The notes under the pieces: model-generated
The model's input: the letters and a program-made list of their open reading frames with translations, nothing else
Database searches by the model: none
What the model was told of the DNA's origin: nothing
Program-made: the position numbers and the translations under genes
Part shown: positions 26,285 to 38,429 of the stretch, one piece after another
Layout: every line of letters begins with the position of its first letter
How positions within the stretch are numbered: the first letter of the stretch is position 1
Assembly (NCBI RefSeq): GCF_963921235.1
Contig: NC_086097.1
Location: forward strand, 253,210,001 to 253,274,000
Length of the DNA stretch: 64,000 nt
Source: Mobula hypostoma
Lineage: Eukaryota
Direction: 5' to 3'

Positions 26285-28810
26285 AACCAGGTTTATTATC
26301 ACCGGCATGTGACGTGAAATTTGTTAACTTAGCAGCAGCAGTTCAATGTAGTACATCAACTAGCAGAGAGAAAAAATAATAATAGATAAACAAGTAAATC
26401 AATTATGTATATTGAATAGATTTTTTTTAAATGTGCAAAAACAGAAATATTGCATATTAAAAAAAAGAGAGGTAGTGTCCAAAGATTATTGTCAGATGGC
26501 AGAGGGGAAGAAGCTGTTCCTGAATCACTGAGTGTGTGTCTTCAGGCTTCTGTACCTCCTCCCTGATGGTAACAGTGAGAAAAGGGCATGTCCTGGGTGC
26601 TGGAGGTCCTTAATAATGGACGCTGCCTTTCTGAGACACCGCTCCTTGAAGATGTCCAGAGTACTTTGTAGGCTCGTACCCAAGATGGAGCCGACTAAAT
26701 TTACAACCTTCTGCAGCTTCTTTCGGTCCTGTGCAGTAGCCCCTCCATACCAGACAGTGATGCAGCCTGTCAGAATGCTCTCCACAGTACAACTATAGAA
26801 GTTTTTGAGTGTATTTGTTGACATGCCAAATCTCTTCAAACTCCTAATAAGGTATAGCCGCTGTCTTGCCTTCTTTATAACTACATTGTCAGCAAATTTA
26901 GACATAGTATTTGAGCTATGCCTAGCCACACAGTCATGTGTATATAAAGAGTAGAGCAGTGGGCTAAGCACACACCCCTGAGGTGTGCCAGTGTTGATTG
27001 TCAGCTAGGAGGATATTTTATCACCAATCCCCACAGACTGTGGTCTTCCGGTTAGGAAGTCGAGGATCCAATTGCAGAGGGAGGTACAGAGGCCCAGGTT
27101 CTGCAACTTCCCAATCAGGATTGTGGGAATGATAGTATTAAATGCTGAGCTATAGTTGATGAACAGCATCCCAACAAAGGTATTTGTGTTGTCCAGGTGG
27201 TCTAAAGCCATGTGGAGAACCACTGAGATTGCATCTGCTGTTGACCTATTGCAATAGGTGCAGGTCCTTGCTGAGGCAGAAGTTCAGTCTAGTCATAACC
27301 AACCTCTCAAAGCATTTCATCACTGTTGACGTGAGTGTTCCGGGCAATAGTCATTAAGGCAGCTGACATTATTCTTCTTCGGCGCTGGTATAATTGTTGC
27401 CTTTTTGAAGCAAGTGGAAACTTCCACCCGTAGCAGTGAGAGGTTGAAAATGTCCTTGAATACTTGTGCTAGTTGGTTGGCACAGGTTTTCAGAGCCTTA
27501 CTAGGTACTCCATCAGGACCTTCCACCTTGCGAGAGTTCACTCTCTTTAAAGACACCCTAACATTGGTCTCTGAGATGGAGATCACAGGGTCATCAGGTG
27601 CAGCAGGGATCTTCACAGCTGTAGTTGTGTTCTCTCTTTCAAAGCGTGCATAGAAGGTGTTGAGTTCATCTGGTAGTGAAGCATCACTGCCATTCGTGCT
27701 ATTGGGTTTCACTTTGTATGAAGTAATGTCTTGCAGTCCTTGCCAGAGTTGTCATACATCCAATGTCACTTCCAACCTCATACGAAATTGTCTCTTCGTC
27801 CTTGAAATAGCCCTCCGCAAATCATACCTGGTTTTCTGGTACAGGCCTGGGTCACCAGACTTGAATGCCACAGATCTAGCCTTCAGCAGATGACGTACCT
27901 CCTGGTTCATCCATGGCTTTTGGTTTGGGAATGTACAGTAAGTCTTTGTAGGCACACACTCATCCACACAGGTTTTAATGATGTCAGTAACAACTGCAGC
28001 ATACTCATCCTGGTTCAACAATGAATCCCTGAATACAGTCCAGTCCACCGATTCAAAACAGTCCTGTAAGCACTCCTGTGCTTCCCTTGTCCATAGCTTC
28101 TTGGTCCTTACTACTTATGCTGCAGTCTTCAGTCTCTGCCTATACTCAGGGAGTAGAAGTACAGCCAGGTGATCAATCTTCCTGAAGCGAGGGCGTGGAA
28201 TAGCACAGTAGGCATTCATGGTGGTGATGTAACAGTGGTCCAGTGTGTTGTTTCCTCGAATATTGCAAGTAATCTGTTGATGGTAATTGCTTTGCCATTT
28301 TTTTTTTCAGACTGGCCTGGTTAAAATCCCCCAGAATGATAGTTAAGGTATTAGGATGTGGTGTTTCGTGTTTGTTGATCCCATTGCTCAGATCATCTAA
28401 AGCCTGACTGACATTGGCCTAAGGTGGAATGTATACCACTACCAAAATGATCCTGGAAGTTTCCCATAGTAGGTAAAATGGACGGTAGTTAACTGCTAGA
28501 TATTCCAGGTCTGGTGTGCAGAACTGGGACAGGACTGATATATTTGTGCACCAAGAAGAGTTGATCAAGAGGCATACTCCTCCAGGTCTGAAGACGAATC
28601 CCTGAATACAGTCCAGTCCACCGATTCAAAGCAGTCCTGTAGGTGCTCCTGTGCTTCCCTCGTCCATACCTTCTTGGTCTTCACTGCTGGTGCTGCAGTC
28701 TTCAGTCTCTGCCTATACTCAGGGAGTAGAAGTACAGCCAGGTGATCAGACTTCCCGAAGTGAGGGCGTGGAATAGCATGGCAGGCATTCTTCGTGGAGG
28801 TGTAGCAATA
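26285..28810 (-). mobile_element. Rex1/Babar-like LINE (APE endonuclease plus RT), internally deleted, with a duplicated segment
   Basis: [50 protein letters not shown] and ESILTGCITVWYG motifs. Confidence 0.92.
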
Positions 28811-29134
28811 GACAATGGAATTGAACATCGAACTTTGACACCCCAAGCTGAAACAGTGTTGCCCCCACCACCATGTTATTGTCATGCCCCTTAACACGAT
28901 AGTCAGTTGTTAGTGGTGTGACTGGCAAACACTGGTCATCCTCTGCTGGTGCCAGAATGTGTGGTAACACCTGTGGGTTGCCCCCAGCACATCCCGGGGT
29001 TGTGTTGGTTATTACCACAAACAACGTGCTTCACTACATGTTCCGATGGGCGTACAGGAGACGAGTAAACTTCAATCTTGACATGAACTTAAGGAAATCT
29101 GAAACAATTCTTTTTATTTCGTCACTAGTTCAAT

Positions 29135-29420
29135 CTGTTTATTTATTTAGAGATACAGGGTGGAACTGGACCCCTCCAGCCTGGCAAGCCACACCAGCCA
29201 TCAACACACCCATTGAACCCTAGACTGGTCACAGGGCAACTTACAATGACCAATGAACCAACTTACCCGTACGTCTTTGGACTGTGGGAGGAAATCAGAG
29301 CACCTGGAGGAAACCCATGCACTCAGGAAGAGAACAAAGTTTGGAGCTAGTTCCGGAGTTAAACTTCTCACTCTGGAGTGCCCCAAACTGTAAACGCTAA
29401 CCGCTGTGCTGCTATGCTGC
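29135..29420 (-). mobile_element. V-SINE (HE1-like)
   Basis: gtacgtctttggactgtgggaggaaatcagagcacctggaggaaaccca core. Confidence 0.7.
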
Positions 29421-29537
29421 TGTGGCATCCAAATGGGATGCCATGTCAGAATCACATGCTGGTTTATTGTCACTGGTATCTGTGGTGAAATTGCAGCAGA
29501 GAACAGTGAAATACCTAAAAAAATAACTGTCACTCAC

Positions 29538-29633
29538 AATGGTGTAGGGCATCTGCAGCAGACTTTGAGACAAGTGGTCCCGAGCCCCTCCGAACCATGT
29601 CAACAAACATACAGCTATTCCATAAGCATCAGG
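29538..29633 (-). CDS. Candidate 96-nt internal exon PDAYGIAVCLLTWFGGARDHLSQSLLQMPYTI (phase 0 to 0)
   Basis: Strong acceptor ttgtttgttttttttaacatcag, donor gtgagt, only one frame open, non-TE island. Confidence 0.35.
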
Positions 29634-29844
29634 CTGATGTTAAAAAAAACAAACAAGCTTAAAAAGCTCAGCTCTTTAGGAACATGTTAACATTTGCGGT
29701 TATATATTCAAATAAACCGAAGCTAAGATGGTGTGACACGCTCCTCAGTGATAATATTGATGACAACTGAATGTTTAACCATTACTCAATTGCCGCAGCT
29801 TCATGCCATTCACTTTGAGTTACTGTGAGGCTGAATCAGAACTC

Positions 29845-31175
29845 GAATCAAGTTTAGTATTGCCGGCAGGTGGAACTTGTTCTTTGCAGCAGCAGTACAA
29901 TGTAGTACACAATAATAAAAACTGTTAATTACAGTAAATTTACTGTTTATATGTATATATTAAATACTTAAATTAAATAAATAGTGCAAAAAAAGTAATG
30001 AGGTAGTGTTCCTGGGTTCATTGCAGCGGGAGGAGAGAGAGAGCAGCGCGCCACGTGTGCCCAGCCCTCCGGTGAAAAATGATATCATATCCGTTAAATA
30101 GGGGCCGTGGACAATTCTGATTTGATGGGGACGGACGTGAAAGCACAGAGGAACATCTGGAGAAATTTCTGAAACACTCGTTCGCTGCTGTCGTTACTGC
30201 GTGGTCGGGAATCTTCCAGAGGGAAGGCCTCAAAATCCCCGGCTTTGCCTGCTGTTGGCGACCGAGATTGAGGTCAAATCATTCGGACAGAGATGGCGCT
30301 CAGTACTCGGTGTCGGAGAGCTGATCGGAGGCTCGAAGTTTTCGGATGACTCAGAGTCGGACTGTGGTCGGGCATGGCAGGGAGAGTTTCTCTTCCTTCT
30401 CCCGTCTGCGTGAGATGTGGGACATTTGAGAGACTTTGAACTTTTTACTGTGCTCCTGGACTTCTTCATCAAGTTATGGTATTGTTGCACTGTTGTAACT
30501 ATATCTTATAATTACGTGGTTTTGTCAGTTTTTTTCAGTCTTGGTCTGTCCTGTGTTTTGTGATATCACACCGGAGGAAATATTGTATCATTTCTTAATG
30601 CATGCATTACTAAATGACAATAAAAGAGGACTGTGTGTCTTCATAATCTAATTGTCCATTCAGACAGAGGGGAAGAAGCTATTCCTGAATTGTTGCGTGT
30701 GTAACTTCAGGTTCCTGTACCTCCTTCCTGATGGTAGCAATGAGAAGAGGGCATGTCCTGGGTGTTGGGGGTCCTTTATGCTCAATGCTGCCTTTTTGAG
30801 GCACCGCTCCTTGAAATGTCCCGATGCTGGGGAGGCTAGTGCCCATGATGGATCTGGCTGAATTTTCAGCTTTCTGCAGCTTATTTCAATCCTGTGCAGT
30901 GACCCCTCCCTCCCTCCACACCAGACGGTGATGCAGCCATCTAGAACGCTCTCCATGGTGCACTTGCAGAAATTTGCAGGAGACTTTGGAGACATGACAA
31001 AACTCCTGAAGCTCCTAATGAAATATAGCCACTGTTGTGCCTTCTTTGTAATTGCATCAATATGTTGGGACCAAGTTAAACCCTCAGAGATGCTGACACC
31101 CAGGAATTTGAATTTGCTCACTCCTTCCACTGCTGATCCCTCTATGAGGACTGGTGTGTGTTCCCTCATTATGTT
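29845..31175 (-). mobile_element. Rex1-like LINE 3' part, split by a plus-strand CpG-rich insertion (30024-30650)
   Basis: ORF 30660-31190 with FKFLGVSISE...LPSGRRYRNL; host sequence gggttcattg|tccattcaga is interrupted. Confidence 0.85.
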
Positions 31176-31472
31176 GACAGGAAACGTCATAGAATTGCAG
31201 ATCGAAAATCTAAGGCAGGAACAACTTCTTCCCCATCCTCGTCAGATTTCTGAATGGACAATGTGCACTATCAAACTATTTTTGCTCTCCTTTTGCACTC
31301 GGCAGGAGAATAGGGTTGAGAGGGATAATATATCAGCCATGATGAAATGGTGGAGCAGACCCGATGGGCCACATGGTCGAATTCTGTTCCTATAGTTTGT
31401 GGTCTTGTCTGTCAGTGATATTAAACCTAATTCCAATTCTGTATCTGTCTCCTATCTGTATCTGTATCCTAT

Positions 31473-32990
31473 TCTGGTATCTGTCCCCCACTTTTCCTTC
31501 GCTACATCGACAACTGCATTGGTGCTGCTTCCTGCATGCATGCTGAGCTCGTTGACTTCATTAACTTTGCCTCCAAGTTTCACCCTCAAGTTTACCTGGT
31601 CCATTTCCAACACCTCCCCCCCCCTTTCTAGATCTTTCTGTCTCTATCTCTGGAGACAGCTTATCTACTGATGTCTACTATAAGCCTACTGACTCTCGCA
31701 GCTATCTGGACTATTCCTCTTCTCACCCTGTCTCTTGCAAAAACGCCATCCCCTTCTCGCAATTCCTCTGGCTCTGCCACATCTACTCTCAGGATGAGGC
31801 TTTTCATTCCGGGACGAGGGAGATGTCCTCCTTTTTTAAAGAAAAGGGCTTCCCTTCCTCCACCATCAACTCTGCTCTTAAACGCATCTCCCCCATTTCA
31901 AGCCCATCTGCTCTCACTCCATCCTCCCGCCACCCCACTAGGAATAGGGTTCCCCTGGTCCTCACCTACCACCCCACCAGCCTCCGGGTCCAACATATTA
32001 TTCTCCGTAACTTCCGCCACCTCCAACGGGATCCCACCACTAAGCACACCTTTCCCTCCCCCCCCCCATTTTCCACAGGGATGGCTCCCTATGAGACTCC
32101 CTTGTCCATTCGTTTCCCCCCCCCCATCCCTCCCCACGGATCTTCCTCCTGTCACTTATCCTTGTAAGCAGAACAAGTGCTACACATGCCCTTACACTTC
32201 CTCCCTCACCACCATTCAGGGCCCCAGACAGTCCTTCCAGGTGAGGCGACACTACACCTGTCCGTCGGCTGGGGTGATATACTGTGTCCGGTGCTCCCGA
32301 TGTGGCCTTCTATATATTGGCGAGACCCGACGCAGACTGGGAGATCGTTTTGCTGAACACCTACGCTCTGTCTGCCAGAGAAAGCAGGATCTCCCAGTGG
32401 CCACACATTTTAATTCCACGTCCCATTCCCATTCTGACATGTCTATCCACGGCCTCCTCTACTGTAAAGATGAAGCCACATTCAGGTTGGAGGAACAACA
32501 CCTTATATTCTGTCTGGGTAGCCTCCAACCTGATGGCATGAACATCGACTTCTCTAACTTCCACTAATGCCCCACCTCCCCTTCGTACCCCATCTGTTAT
32601 TTATTTATATACGCATATTCTTTCTCTCTCTCTCCTTTTTCTCCCTCTGTCCCTCTGACTATACCCCTTGCCCATCCTCTGGGTTCCCCCCGCCTTGTCT
32701 TTCTCCCCGGACCTCCTGTCCCAAGATCCTCTCATATCCCTTTTGCCAATCACCTGTCCAGCTCTTGGCTCCATCTCTCCCCCTCCTCCTATCATTTTGG
32801 ATCTTCCCCTCCCCCTCCCACTTTCAAATCTCTTACTAGCTCTTCCTTCAGTTAGTCCTGACGAAGGGTCTCAGCCCGAAACGTCGACTGTACCTCTTCC
32901 TAGAGATGCTGCCTAGCCTGCTGCGTTCACCAGCAACTTTTATGTGTGTTGCTTGAAATTCCAGCATCTGCAGATTTCCTCGTGTTTGCG
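31473..32990 (+). mobile_element. Penelope-like retroelement, 5'-truncated: RT C-terminal half, GIY-YIG endonuclease and 3' pLTR
   Basis: FLRYIDNC (YIDD motif mutated), FLDLSV..STDVYYKPT, RVPLVLTYHP and GVIYCVRCSRCGLLYIGETRRRLGDRFAEH; frameshifted. Confidence 0.93.
32854..32889 (+). ncRNA. Minimal type I hammerhead ribozyme in the Penelope pLTR
   Basis: AGUC-CUGACGA-A-GGG(UCUCAG)CCC-GAAA-CG-UC-GACU: stem I AGUC/GACU, conserved core, palindromic ACGU at stem III, GUC cleavage triplet. Confidence 0.85.
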
Positions 32991-34869
32991 TTTCTAATTC
33001 TGTAAACATTGGCTGAAAATAATTTTTCTTTGACCCTGTGGAAGTTGGGCAGAGGAGTGCACGTGAGTGTATTTTATATTTTAAATCTCTTTGTGACTGA
33101 AAGAAATCTACCAGAGTAAAAAATACTGACATATGAAAATGGATTCTTTCTTATTTTGTAAAACCAGTCCTACATTTAAAAAAAATATACACCATTTTAA
33201 ATAAATTGTCTGGGTTAAAGGTAATAACAGATAGGTAATCAATCAAACTGCATTATTACTGCTGTAAATTTCTCCCTATTCTTTTTGAGAAAATTGGTTG
33301 TTTAATCTGTATGCTCAGTCTGCTCTGCTTAGGTTTGGAAAAACTCTGTCTAACAAAAGGTCATTGCTGAGGTCACATCGTATGAGGCCATAACTTCAAA
33401 GAAGTTTATCTTCTTTACAACACCATTAAGTCATTGCTAATGGTCTATTGTCTTTCATCATCTCCGTCTTCTACCTGCTTATTTATCTCCAGACGAGCCA
33501 CAGAATGCGAGGCAGAGTGTTAACAGGTGCTCTCCGAACTCTTACCGTCAATACAAGCTCAGCGTGAGATGGTAATATGATCAACTGTGCTTTTTAAATG
33601 GATCCAGTCCAAAAAGACAGTGGACGATTGAGAAATGATCTTTAGATACAAGATTCAAGCTTAAAGATTGTTTAATGTCCTTTCCTGCACACAGGTATAA
33701 ATGAGAACAAAATAACTCCAGTTCTGATGCAGCACAAAAAAACACACAATTAGATAAAGAACAGAACAATAATAAAAATAAAGTCAGTTAATATAAATAC
33801 ATAAGATACCATGTACATAGATTGTATGTCCATAAAGTGACTCCAGGTTGTACATAAGGTGACTGACAGGAATAATAAAGCATTGGCAGAGTTAGGAGGT
33901 GGAAGCTCTAATGCTGATTGGAGGGAAGTATGAGGGACATCGGAGTTCAGGTTTAACACAAGGAGTGGTGGGTGTGTAGAACGCCCTGCCGGGGTTAGAG
34001 GTGACAGAGCCAGATACATTAGGGGTATTTGAGAAACTCTCAGACAGGCACATGGATGATAGAAAAATGGAGGGTTATGTCAGAGTGAAGGGTTGGATTG
34101 ATCTTGGAGTAGATAAAAGGTCAAGAGAACACGGTGGGCTGTATTGTTCTGTAATGTTATTCTGTACGTTCTACGTTCTATGTTCAAAAGCTAACACACA
34201 TTTTACCCTCCTAACTTCTTGCTATACCTGAATGTCGACCTTCAGTCACCTAAGAACAAGACCTCCCAAGTTCTTTTGAAAATCAACATCTCCCAGTCCA
34301 CCAGTCTGCCATAATTTTAGATTCAGAATCAGAATCCGGTTTATTATGAGACCATACAGTAAGACAATAAGACATCGGAGCAGTCTTCATCCTCTTGGCC
34401 CTTCGAGTCACTCCACCACTCTATCAATATTAGCCCTCCCAGCCCCATATTCCTGCCTTCTCCCCATAGCCTTTAAAACCTTTTTAATTGAAAACCTTTC
34501 AACCTCCACTTTAAACATGCCCAATGAATTCCCCAGATTCGCCACCTTCTGGCTAAAGAAATTCCTCCTTATCTCTGTTCTAAATGGACGCCGCTCTGTT
34601 CAGAGGCTGTGTCCTCTGGTCTGAAACTCCCTCACTGCTGGAAACATCCTCTCCACATCCACTCTATCTAGACCTTGCAATATTCAATATTTGAATGGAT
34701 TAACATGTGAGGAACGTTTGGTGGCTCCAGGCCTGTACTTCCTGAAGTTTAGAAGAATGAGGGGGGATCTCATTGAAACCTATTGAATGTTGAACAGCCT
34801 AGATAGAGTAAATGAGGAGAGGGCATTTCCCATGAGGGGTGGGGGGGAGTCTAGAACCAGAGGGTATGG

Positions 34870-35030
34870 TGACGTCCACGGCCTCCTCTACTGTCGTGAT
34901 GAGGGCCACATTCAGGTTGGAGGAGCAAAACCTTCTGTTCCATCTGGGTAGCCTCCAACCTGATGGCATGAAGATCGATTTCTCAGACTTTTGGTAATGC
35001 CCCCACTCCTCTCCAGCATTTTGGGTGTGT
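34870..35030 (+). mobile_element. Penelope-like GIY-YIG C-terminal fragment
   Basis: Matches 32445-32565 (HGLLYC..RLEEQ..LGSLQPDGM). Confidence 0.8.
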
Positions 35031-35562
35031 TTCTCTTGTGTCTTATGGGGTTAGGGACAGCGTGAGGACTCAATTGTTGAAGCAACTGTGGCTGAGGGTA
35101 ACTGGACACAGCTCAGAAAGAAGTGAACGAGAAGGAAGGGTCTGGTTCAAGTTCAGACGCGCCACACAACGGAGTGTTATTGTGACAGAGCAGAGTCCTG
35201 CCATACACTCTTCTGTGTCTCCAACCTTTCATTTGTATGGTTGATGATAATTACACACATTTCATACTCAGACGCACCCTGTGGTTCTACAACCGGGGCT
35301 GACATACTCCTGAAAATCATCCTTTTAGAAAATATAGGGCAAATTAGCTGAGAGTCATAGGTGGAAGGGGAGGGGAGGAGTGGCTGTGTTCTGAGGAAGA
35401 TCCCAAGGGCACACTTAAGGAGAAAAATGAAAGAATATAGAACATTACAGCACAGTACAGGCCCTTTGCCCACAATGTTGTGCCAACCTTTTAGCTTATT
35501 TTAAGATCAATCTAACCCTTCCTTCCCACATAGCCCTCCATCTTTCGACCATCCATGGCCCA

Positions 35563-36172
35563 CAGGAACAGTTATTACCCCCTAACCGTCAGGTTCCACA
35601 CCACCAGGTTCAGGAACAGTTATTACCCCTCAACCATCAGGTCCCACACCACCAGGTTCAGGAACAGTTATTACCCCTCAACCATCAGGTCCCACACCAC
35701 CAGGTTCAGGAACAGTTATTACCCCCCAACCATCAGGTCCCACACCACCAGGTTCAGGAACAGTTATTACCCCTCAACCATCAGGTCCCACACCACCAGG
35801 TTCAAGAACAGTTATTACCCCTCAACCATCAGGTCCCACACCACCAGGTTCAGGAACAGTTATTACCCCCCAACCATCAGGTCCCACACCACCAGGTTCA
35901 GGAACAGTTATTACCCCTCAACCATCAGGTCCCACACCACCAGGTTCAGGAACAGTTATTACCCCCCAACCATCAGGTCCCACACCACCAGGTTCAGGAA
36001 CAGTTATTACCCTACAACCATCAGGTCCCACACCACCAGGTTCAGGAACAGTTATTACCCTACAACCATCAGGTCCCACACCACCAGGTTCAGGAACAGT
36101 TATTACCCCTCAACCATCAGGTCTCACACCACCAGGTTCAGGAGCAGTTATTACCCCTCAACCATCAGGCTC
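35563..36172 (+). repeat. 48-bp minisatellite, 12 full copies plus one partial, derived from a Rex1-like LINE ORF C-terminus
   Basis: Unit aggtcccacaccaccaggttcaggaacagttattacccctcaaccatc (SHTTRFRNSYYPSTIR); the single-copy form is at 37361-37410. Confidence 0.97.
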
Positions 36173-36739
36173 CTGAACCAGAAGGGATAACTTCACTCAA
36201 CTTCACTCACCACATCACTGAACTGTTCACACGAACTATGGACTCACTTTCAAGTCTTCTTCATCTCATGTTCTTGATATTCATTGTTTATTTATTATTG
36301 ATTTTTTTTCTCTTTCTATTTGCACAGCTTGTTATCTTTTGCACATTGGTGTTTGTCCCTCTTGTTGTGTGTAGTTTTATGTAGTAATGGTATGACAATC
36401 CGGGCTCACCTGTCTGTTTACATGACATCCCGTATCGAGCGAGGTGTCTGCACTATTTGGAAGTGGGCTGCCATTTATGCTGTTGTCTTTTACATTTGTG
36501 TATGTATTGACCATGGTTGTACTAGGGATGAAATACAAGAAGTAGCTTCCCCTTGCTTGCTTCCGATGCAGTGTCTTTACAAGACGTGTGACCCTGAACA
36601 TTGTCCTATTAAAAGGATCTACTGCTCAGCGTCTGAGAAGCAGGGACCATCGATTGTGTTACTCACAATTTGCCTTCTGCTTCATCCACCACCTGCATTC
36701 CGTGGCTTCAATATAAAACTGTAATGGTAACCTCATTAA

Positions 36740-37740
36740 CCACCTACCTACAGGAAAGAATAAAACAAGGTTGAAAGAGTGCAGACAAAATTTACAAGGA
36801 TGGTGCCAGGACTGCAGGACCTGAGTTATAAGGAAAGATTGAATAGGTTGGGAATTTATTCCTTAGAATGTAGAAGACTAAGAGGAGATTTGATTGAGGT
36901 ATCGAAAATTATGAGCTGTATAGACAGGGTAAATGCAAACAGGTTTTTTCCACTGAGGGTGGGTGGGACTACAACAAAAGGTCATGGGTTAAGACCATAA
37001 GATCATAAGTCATAAAAGTAGGTTAAGGGTGAAAGGTGAAAAGTTTAAGGGGAAAATGAGGGTAATCTTCTTTACTCAGCATCGTGAGATTGTGGAATGA
37101 GCTGCCAGCACAAATTGTGCATGCAAGCTTGATTTCAACTTTTAATTGAAGTTTGGATAGGTACATGGATGGTAGGGGTATGGAGGCGATGGTCCCAGGA
37201 CAGGTCGATGGGAGTTGGCAGTTTAAATTGGTTTGGCATGAACTAGATGGGCCGAAGTGCCTGTTCCTGTTCTCTACTTCTCTATCACTCTATGACCCCA
37301 ACCACCCAGGCCATGCTCTCTTCTCGCTGCTACCATCAGGAAGGAGGTACAGGAGCCTCAGGACCCACACCACCAGGTTCAGGAACAGTTACTACCCCTC
37401 ATCCATCAGGCTGTAGAACCAGAGAGGATAACTTCACTCAAGTTCACTCACCCCATCACTGAACTGCTCCCATGACCTATCGACTCACTTCTAAGAACTC
37501 ATCTCATGTTCTCAATATTTAGTTCTTATTTATTTATTTGTTATTAATATTTTTCTTTCTGTGTTTGCACAGTTTGTTGTCTTATGCACACTGCTTGTTT
37601 GTCCATCTTCTTGTGTGCAGTTTTTCATTGATTCTACTGTGTTTCCTTGTATTTACTGTGAATGTCCATAAGAAAATGAATCAGGGTTGTATGTGCTGAC
37701 ATATATGTCCTTTGATAATAAATATACTTTGGACTTCGAA
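36740..37740 (+). mobile_element. CR1 3' fragment followed by a Rex1-like 3' fragment
   Basis: LGIYSLECRRLRGDL; HPGHALFSLLPSGRRYRSLRTHTTRFRNS. Confidence 0.85.
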
Positions 37741-38429
37741 AGACATGCAGAGATGTAAAATTTGCTGGAGGGGTAGGACTGTGGGGACATTGAAATCCAT
37801 TGCTGGGAGTTCTTGCAGAGGAGTTCAGTACAGTTAGATGTTAGCCACTATATCAACTGAAAAAGTGAACAGGCTTATTTTCCTTCCACTAAGATTTGAT
37901 ACAAATGGGGGAACAGGAAAAGGAGGAGTGGAAAAATGTGATTAAAGATGGCGTCAGTGAGTGGTGACTCTGTGTGTCCCTTTGCCACCAGATTTCTGAA
38001 TGGACAATGAACCCATCAACACTGCCTCACTATCTGAGCTCTCTTTTTGCACTTCTTATTTGTTTTATATATATATACATATCGATTATTGTAATTTATA
38101 GTAATATTTTATCAGAATCAGAATCCTTTATTATCACCAAGTATGTGAACACATACAGGGAATTTGATGCCAGTTTCCCTGAGCTCTCGCTGTACGGAAT
38201 CAAAAAGCAAACAAAACAATAGTGCAAACAATTGTGAACTATTTACAGTGAAGTATACCTGTGTATGTACAGGCGGACTTGGTTTATAATAGACTAAAAT
38301 TCAAGTGTTCATAAGACTGATGGCATACGTAAAGAAACTGTTCTTGTACCTATTTTTCCTGGCATTCAGTTATATATTGCACTGTACTGCTGCCACAGCA
38401 CAACAAATTTCACAACATGTTATATGTCA

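Noticed and set aside
31671..32567. Host 298-aa protein
   Set aside because: The N-terminal part is an off-frame read of the Penelope RT; only the C-terminal GIY-YIG portion is in the true frame.
35563..36172. CRISPR-like array
   Set aside because: Head-to-tail 48-bp units with no unique spacers, derived from LINE coding sequence; no cas genes; eukaryotic context.
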